Under the pieces are notes generated by a model. It worked only from the letters and a program-made list of their open reading frames with translations. It had not been told where the DNA came from and searched no databases. Made by a program: the position numbers and the translations under genes. From the IMG/VR virus record IMGVR_UViG_3300048574_000110, positions 1-29,644 of that record: 29,644 nucleotides of DNA. The stretch is one strand, 5' to 3'. This document shows, in pieces, positions 24,341 to 29,644 of this stretch; the stretch's first letter is position 1; every line of letters begins with the position of its first letter. The stretch is from a virus. Taxonomy: Duplodnaviria > Caudoviricetes.

Positions 24341-25310
24341 GTTACCCGACGACCCGCGACAGCCCGAGTTTTGGACCGAATATGCGCGGCTCATGCACGC
24401 GCCCACAGCGCCCGTAAAATCCAATACCGTCGCGAAACTTATCGAAGCTTGGCATGCTTCCCCGGAATGGAAGCAGATGAAGCCGAAGACGCGCGTCGAC
24501 TGGGAGCGATACTGCCGGCGCATCAAGGATTCGTGGGGGGCGTACGAGGTCAAAGGCATCGAGCCGAAGAACGTGCTTACATTGCGGGACTTGTACGCAA
24601 GCACGCCGGCTTCCGCCAACAATCTACTCCGCTGCCTGTCTTCGATGCTGGCTTGGTCCGTTCCTCGCGGATGGAGGCCGGATAACCCATGCCGTGAGAT
24701 CAAGCCCCTTAAAGGGGGCGATGGCTATGCTCCTTGGCCCTGGGACACAATTGAGGAAGCCCGTCAGACGCTCAGAGAGGATCTATGGTGGGTTGTTGGC
24801 CTAGCGCTCTATACCGGCCAGCGCGAGGAAGACGTGCTTTCGATGCTGAAAAGCGCCATCCAGGGCAACGTCATCAGCGTCCGGCAGGAAAAAACCGGGA
24901 AACAGCTTTGGATTCCGATCCACCGCGATCTCAAGCCAATCATCGACGCGGCTCTGAAGGCGTCGCCTCAGACGTGTCTAACGATCCTGACCAACACCGC
25001 GGGGCGACCATGGACGGTCGACGGCTTCAAGTCATCGTGGGGGAAAAATAAGCCGCCGCGCGTCATGGGTGAGAGGCTCGTGTTTCACGGTCTCAGGAAA
25101 TCTGCAGTGGTGACTTTGCTAGAAGCGGGCTGCACCGATGCAGAGGTCGGATCGATCACCGGACAGAGCCGCGAGATGATCGAACACTATGCCAAACAGG
25201 TCAATCAACGGCGTCTAGCGGCCGCTGCGATCCTTCGCTGGGAGAACGCCTCAGAAACAAGAACTGCAAACACGATTGCAAACACCGGCACAGAGAAACC
25301 GGCTAAGTAG
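24201..25310 (+). CDS. int: Tyrosine integrase
   Basis: LALYTGQR, QEKTG, FHGLRKSA, ITGQSREMIEHY. Confidence 0.95.
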   Translation: MLILTTPEHAVPPKLPPHVVQVRNKVGRPYLYLMKYRGTPRAEKAIRLPDDPRQPEFWTEYARLMHAPTAPVKSNTVAKLIEAWHASPEWKQMKPKTRVDWERYCRRIKDSWGAYEVKGIEPKNVLTLRDLYASTPASANNLLRCLSSMLAWSVPRGWRPDNPCREIKPLKGGDGYAPWPWDTIEEARQTLREDLWWVVGLALYTGQREEDVLSMLKSAIQGNVISVRQEKTGKQLWIPIHRDLKPIIDAALKASPQTCLTILTNTAGRPWTVDGFKSSWGKNKPPRVMGERLVFHGLRKSAVVTLLEAGCTDAEVGSITGQSREMIEHYAKQVNQRRLAAAAILRWENASETRTANTIANTGTEKPAK

Positions 25311-25450
25311 TGGTCGGGGCGACATGATTCGAACACGCGACCCTCTGCTCCCAAAGCAGATAAATTCTTATTATGTTATTGAAACATAACAATATGTCGT
25401 TTGCACCGATGCAAGAACACCCTGAGACTCAAACGAGAACTTGTAAACAC
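25265..25450. repeat. Putative integrase arm-type sites around attP
   Basis: TGCAAACAC at 25265 and 25277, inverted GTTTGCA at 25399, TTGTAAACAC at 25441; AT-rich inverted repeat 25371-25389. Confidence 0.6.
25311..25361 (-). mobile_element. attP core: 3' half of tRNA-Pro(TGG)
   Basis: Reverse complement ATCTGC-TTTGGGA-GCAGAGGGTCGCGTGTTCGAATCATGTCGCCCCGACCA gives anticodon arm, T arm and CCA; no D arm or 5' acceptor strand. Confidence 0.9.
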
Positions 25451-25524
25451 CTAAACCACCACGATGAACGTCGCTATGGCGAGGCAGACGCAGAACACCC
25501 TCGTCCCAGGGCACAGCGCAGCCA

Positions 25525-25779
25525 TCACTTGCTGCCATAGAGCTTGACTAGGGAAGCTGCGAGGGTCGTCCATCCGATCTTGTCCGCGATCGCCGCCAGC
25601 ACCATCACCACCCCAGCCGATGCCATCATGAGATCGCGCGGGTTCCACCGCCGGCCGTCGTCTTTGGGGGCCGTAGTCTTGGCTCCAAGCTGCCGGACCC
25701 GGCACTCGAGGCGGATAAGCCGACGCTCGATAGCCAGCATCCATTGCCAGTTCGGCGGCAACTCTGGAGAGTTGTGCAT
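25525..25779 (-). CDS. Small membrane protein, holin candidate
   Basis: N-terminal coiled coil IERRLIRLE and C-terminal hydrophobic helix; end of the lysis cassette. Confidence 0.45.
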   Translation of the reverse strand: MHNSPELPPNWQWMLAIERRLIRLECRVRQLGAKTTAPKDDGRRWNPRDLMMASAGVVMVLAAIADKIGWTTLAASLVKLYGSK

Positions 25780-25818
25780 CTGTCATTTGCTTTCGTTCCG
25801 GTTGTTGGAACGCGGGCA

Positions 25819-26694
25819 CTAGTAGTTCAGGAGAGCATTACGGGGTTCGTCTTGATAGGGTGCAAGAGCGTTGCCCCAGATCGACGGTAGGCCGGTGTCG
25901 GAGTAGAGGGTTTCACCCGTCAAAGGTGATGAGACAGTCCCTCGTTTCAAAGCAACGACGGTATCGGCTGGCGCAACAGAGCCAGGCGCCCCGAGATGGT
26001 CGGTGACGTTCTTGATAACGAGGCCGTCGTGACCGGCATCCCGCGCCCAATAGGTCAGAGCGTTTGAATCGATCCAGTTCCCGTTGAAAGGGATGTCATT
26101 CCAGGCACGGCCCTGAGCATCGACGACCATGGGATTGACGAAGTTGGCTTGCGCAGGAGCGACCGACCCGGCACCCGGACCGTCGGGAACCATTCCGGCG
26201 TAGGTTCCTGCGACCTCTGGAGATGACGACATAAAGAGCGGACGATCAGTCGGAAACAGACCGTCGGAGTTCGGTGCGCCGCGGTACATGGCATAAGGCG
26301 CTTCGCGAGCGGCTTCAGGAGCTGCCTTCGCAGCCGCCCCTTTCATCAGCCTCCCCGGGTTCATCGCGTTCCCGCCGTACATCGACAGAAGACCCGTTAG
26401 AACGTCCTCCCGATTTTGCGCGTTCTCAGGATTGGGGATGCCTAACCGTCCGTCTGGAAGCCTGCTGTTCTCAGCCAAGCGCATGAGGGCGTTGATCGGC
26501 TCGTGCACCGCCGGCGGGACTTGCCACCCTTCATCCCCATAGGTCGACAGGGCCGACAGGATGTTCGTCTGTGCGTTCTTCCCGCCCTCCTGAATGTCGG
26601 AGGCTTTCATCCTCAGCCAGTCGTACCAAGACTGATCTTCAGGGTTCGACCATGAGCCATAGTTTCCGGCGCTGTCGTCGCGGATGTTGGGCAT
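25819..26694 (-). CDS. ADP-ribosyltransferase-fold protein (ART-PolyVal-like)
   Basis: MYRGAP..LFMSSSPEVAGTYA..GSVAPAQANFVNPMVVDAQG..ARDAGHDGLVIKNVTD..DTVVAL follows the ART-PolyVal motif order. Confidence 0.7.
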   Translation of the reverse strand: MPNIRDDSAGNYGSWSNPEDQSWYDWLRMKASDIQEGGKNAQTNILSALSTYGDEGWQVPPAVHEPINALMRLAENSRLPDGRLGIPNPENAQNREDVLTGLLSMYGGNAMNPGRLMKGAAAKAAPEAAREAPYAMYRGAPNSDGLFPTDRPLFMSSSPEVAGTYAGMVPDGPGAGSVAPAQANFVNPMVVDAQGRAWNDIPFNGNWIDSNALTYWARDAGHDGLVIKNVTDHLGAPGSVAPADTVVALKRGTVSSPLTGETLYSDTGLPSIWGNALAPYQDEPRNALLNY

Positions 26695-26702
26695 CTATCG
26701 CC

Positions 26703-26924
26703 TCACGAGTTCGGGCAAATGGCGTCGAAGACTTTGTTGTGAGCGACGACCGCGCGCTTCGTCGGCTCAGTGTCGGCCTTGCTCCAGCCTATGGGCTTGA
26801 AAGACCGGCAGCCGGAATCGACGGGCACGCTCGAGCAGCCGCTAATCCCTACGGTAGCGATCAGTAAGCCTGTCAGCAGGAAGGGTTTCGACCGAGCGGC
26901 GAGCAGCTTGGGCTTTTTCGACAT
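26703..26924 (-). CDS. o-spanin (Rz1-like lipoprotein)
   Basis: Lipobox ISGC; C..FKPIGWSKADT..V.AHN..IC; overlaps the i-spanin. Confidence 0.85.
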   Translation of the reverse strand: MSKKPKLLAARSKPFLLTGLLIATVGISGCSSVPVDSGCRSFKPIGWSKADTEPTKRAVVAHNKVFDAICPNS

Positions 26925-27096
26925 TGGCTTGTGTCCGTTGTTCTATCTTCGCGACGGCCTTTGCCGCCCCTTTGTTTTCGTAGTGAAGCGCGAACGCGAA
27001 CCATGCGCTGAGAACGAGAGCGACAAGCCCTCCTGTTGCTGCGATGCGAGCCCACAGCGTCGAAAGCCCGGTCATCGCTTCAATTGCTGCTATCAC
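26842..27096 (-). CDS. i-spanin (Rz-like)
   Basis: N-terminal TM plus short coiled coil, downstream of the endolysin. Confidence 0.75.
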   Translation of the reverse strand: MIAAIEAMTGLSTLWARIAATGGLVALVLSAWFAFALHYENKGAAKAVAKIEQRTQANVEKAQAARRSVETLPADRLTDRYRRD

Positions 27097-27880
27097 CTTG
27101 TGCCCTCCCCGAGGTTCCAGCGCCCGCGCTCTTCCAGATGAAGTAAAGCCCTCCGAGGAGGGCCAGGATCGCGAACGGGGTGACTGATGTGTGCCAGAGC
27201 CAAGAGCCGAGATCTCCGGCCTGCTCTGTCAGGCCTTTGACGCGTTGGCCTGTCGAGACGATCTTGTCGAGATCGGACACGGTTGGAACAAACTGGACGG
27301 CCGTTGCGGTCCCGGCAGTTGCCGCGGCCGCGACGATACTCCGCGAGGGCTTCTCAGCGCTTTCAGAAACTGTCTGCGGCATGGACGGAGCCGACCCGGC
27401 AGCGGTCGGCTTCTGGAACAGCGAGGCTTCCGAGGCACGGCGCTGAACGAGCCCGTTCACAACTGCACCGCCCGCCTTGTTCCACATGTGAAAGGCTTTC
27501 GCTGCGCCGACACGGTCGCCCTTGTTGAGGCGCTTCAGAACCGTTGATGTTGAGAAGCCCGGCTTCGCTTTTCCACCGATCCCGATGTTGTACGCGAGTG
27601 AAACCAGCGCATCGAACTCGTTCTGGCTCATCGAGACGGTGACCAGACGGTTGACCGCAGCTTCGAACTTCGCAAGTTCCTTGCTGAATGCGTCTTCGGC
27701 CTGCTGACGGGTCCAGACCATGCCCATCTTGACGCCTTCCGTGCACCCGTAGCCGATCGTCGGCACATCCAGCTTGCCGTGATAAACCCGCTGGTAGGCC
27801 TTGCACGAACCATCCGGGAGAGCGTCGTGGTAGCCCTCATACCCCTGGATGCGTCGGCGTCCGTCGTCTGAAAGGTTCAT
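27080..27880 (-). CDS. Endolysin, GH24 lysozyme with C-terminal hydrophobic tail
   Basis: IQGYEG..KAY..VPTIGYG, QNEFDALVSLAYNIG, WNKAGG..GLVQRRASE; C-terminal TM. Confidence 0.93.
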   Translation of the reverse strand: MNLSDDGRRRIQGYEGYHDALPDGSCKAYQRVYHGKLDVPTIGYGCTEGVKMGMVWTRQQAEDAFSKELAKFEAAVNRLVTVSMSQNEFDALVSLAYNIGIGGKAKPGFSTSTVLKRLNKGDRVGAAKAFHMWNKAGGAVVNGLVQRRASEASLFQKPTAAGSAPSMPQTVSESAEKPSRSIVAAAATAGTATAVQFVPTVSDLDKIVSTGQRVKGLTEQAGDLGSWLWHTSVTPFAILALLGGLYFIWKSAGAGTSGRAQGDSSN

Positions 27881-28224
27881 TCCATCTTCTCCCCCGTGAG
27901 CCCTGCCGTCATGTCGTTGACAGCGCCTTCAACGCGCTCAACCTGACTGGTGATGGCTTCGAGCTTTTCAGTGTGGGCGATCGACTCTTCACTGAGAGCA
28001 TCGAGGCGCGCGTGAATGCCGGAGAGGTCGACAGCGGCCGCCGGCGCGGACGGCGCCGGATCGTCCCCGCGCGCGACCCGGAGTGACGCCGAGATCGCCC
28101 GCGCTTCCTGCTCACTGATTGGTCGCGCGTGTTCCGGAGCGCGCGACACGACCGCGTGCATCACGCGTTCCGATCCGTCTTCTACCGTCACGGCATACCA
28201 GCCCATCTCTTCAGGCTCTCGCAT
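27877..28224 (-). CDS. Hypothetical protein with C-terminal coiled coil
   Basis: GGAG RBS before MREPEE; coupled to the endolysin. Confidence 0.55.
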   Translation of the reverse strand: MREPEEMGWYAVTVEDGSERVMHAVVSRAPEHARPISEQEARAISASLRVARGDDPAPSAPAAAVDLSGIHARLDALSEESIAHTEKLEAITSQVERVEGAVNDMTAGLTGEKME

Positions 28225-28654
28225 CGAAGTCTCTCCACATGCGCTCTTCATCGATTTGCTGAGCGCGGTCCTCATCCACCCAGACAGGCCCACCGTTTGG
28301 GCTTCTCCGCCAGGCGGCGCGGTAGGTCCGGTCTTTCGGAAGGTCGTCGATGTCGACAATCTCGATGGCCGTCCCCAAATGTCCGCAGTCGCGTTCCGCG
28401 ATGATCTCGATCGCCTGCCGCCGGTTGCACCCGCCGGTCATCATCATCCGGGCGTATCGATAAGCGGCTCCTGGCTTCACGCCGCGCGCCAGCATCCGGT
28501 TGAACTGGACAATCCAGAACCACCATCCCCGTCCATGCCAAGGGTGAAATGGATCAGACGCCCCGCGCATCAAATAGCTGATGCCGCTTTCCGCCGGGCA
28601 GGTGACGGCAACCGTCCCTCCCGATCTGGTGTCGAGAATTCTCTCCCGCGTCAT
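28211..28654 (-). CDS. Tail-fibre-associated protein
   Basis: IVDIDDLPKDRTYRAAWR motif, commonly found after fibre genes. Confidence 0.65.
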   Translation of the reverse strand: MTRERILDTRSGGTVAVTCPAESGISYLMRGASDPFHPWHGRGWWFWIVQFNRMLARGVKPGAAYRYARMMMTGGCNRRQAIEIIAERDCGHLGTAIEIVDIDDLPKDRTYRAAWRRSPNGGPVWVDEDRAQQIDEERMWRDFDARA

Positions 28655-29644
28655 TGATCGCCGAGCCCTGAAAGATACCAAGCCGACGGATCTGTGTTCG
28701 AGGGCGATGAACTACCTAGGGTGTAGCAGAGACCGGTAATTGCTCCTGCGGACTGAGACGAGTCGTACACCCATCCAGCACGCCCTTGGGTGGAGTCCGG
28801 CCCCCGGCAGGTTATGTGACAGGCCCAGTTCGCACTAGAAAAGTCAGTCGCGATCGTGGCTGTCAAAACGCCCTGGTTCGTATCGGTTATTGATGTGTTG
28901 TTGTACGAGTCCGCAACACTCGGTGTGCCGCCCGAGACCGTGGCTTCCAGCCACCATTTCGGGGAGCTTGGGTGGGACTGCTGTGTTGCCGGTGTGACGG
29001 CGGTATCGGTTGCCGTCGCCGCTTCCTGGACCGCTTGCGTTGCCGTCTTCAATCGTCCGGCAAATGAATTCGTCGCCGTGCTCGCGACCCACGCGCTGTC
29101 GATGAATTGATAGGTGATGTTCTCGTCAGCAACGTAGGCAACCCATCCGCAATCCGTGTACGGGGTGAAGTTCACCCAGGCTGCCGATCCACCGTGGTAT
29201 TGCACGATGTCGTGCTGGGAGAATGTCGACCATGCACCGGACGGAGATGCGGTGAGGAGATAGAGCGCCCCATGCTGCGGAGAGACCGGCGGCGCCGAAA
29301 GCCTGTCGGTGATCGGAATGATGCCTTGGGCGACTTTGACGAACGGCGAGGTATGGGAAACGACGTTCCAGTTTCCGCCATCCGACCTGAGTTCGATGTC
29401 TTCGCCGTTGAGAGCCAGCGCGTATCCGGTCGAGAACGATTTCGAGCCTTCGGAGATGAGCTGCGAGGATACGGTTGCCAGGATTGCCTGATTTGCTGAT
29501 CCGGCGTGTTGAACCCGAATGCACCAGCCGTTCCCCATTGCCACCGCAGACGGCAGGGTGAGCGTCACGTCGCCTGATGAGCAATTGATTTTGAACAGGC
29601 TGTTCTGATCGTCTTTGACGACCGTGTAATTCAGGGATTTCGTG
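28651..29644 (-). CDS. Tail fibre protein with DUF2793-like domain (5' part beyond the window)
   Basis: TLTLPSAVAMGNGW; RLSAPPVSPQHGALYLL..GAWS..W.NFTP..GWVAYVADE; SYNNTSITDTNQG. Confidence 0.8.
   Translation of the reverse strand, partial: TKSLNYTVVKDDQNSLFKINCSSGDVTLTLPSAVAMGNGWCIRVQHAGSANQAILATVSSQLISEGSKSFSTGYALALNGEDIELRSDGGNWNVVSHTSPFVKVAQGIIPITDRLSAPPVSPQHGALYLLTASPSGAWSTFSQHDIVQYHGGSAAWVNFTPYTDCGWVAYVADENITYQFIDSAWVASTATNSFAGRLKTATQAVQEAATATDTAVTPATQQSHPSSPKWWLEATVSGGTPSVADSYNNTSITDTNQGVLTATIATDFSSANWACHITCRGPDSTQGRAGWVYDSSQSAGAITGLCYTLGSSSPSNTDPSAWYLSGLGDQ

Noticed and set aside
25311-25361. Functional tRNA-Pro gene
   Set aside because: The D arm and 5' acceptor strand are absent, so it is an att core only

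Overview
The window is a contiguous piece of a temperate, lambdoid-organised tailed phage, probably infecting an alphaproteobacterium (GapR/DUF2312, alpha-type Cro, DUF2793 fibre, alpha-type Rz/Rz1 and endolysin). It appears to be the free or circular form: the integrase sits next to a tRNA-Pro(TGG) 3'-half attP, with phage lysis and tail genes on the other side. Left to right: TerL (partial), TerS, HNH; a pre-terminase fibre/structural cluster; two membrane coiled-coil genes, each coupled to a small hydrophobic peptide; HNH and XRE; a NusG-paralog antiterminator; GapR; a replication initiator with iterons; the cro/cI switch with operators; a secreted protein; a long early operon (DUF6948 plus Gly-Tyr repeat protein, ERF, YqaJ exonuclease, DUF968, Nlig-Ia-like, XF1762/Mom-like GNAT, HNH, many small ORFs); xis/int; attP; a lysis cassette interrupted by an ART-PolyVal-like ADP-ribosyltransferase; and a tail fibre. 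Main unexplained signals: (1) six single early genes are each bracketed by their own unique 14-17 bp exact direct repeat, so each looks like a precisely excisable or insertable cassette; (2) a covarying three-way-junction RNA motif recurs in the leaders of the early and late operons, and the early copy lies next to an Sm-like protein plus (G-X)32 peptide in the position held by lambda N. Family calls come from motif recognition by eye; no database search was run.
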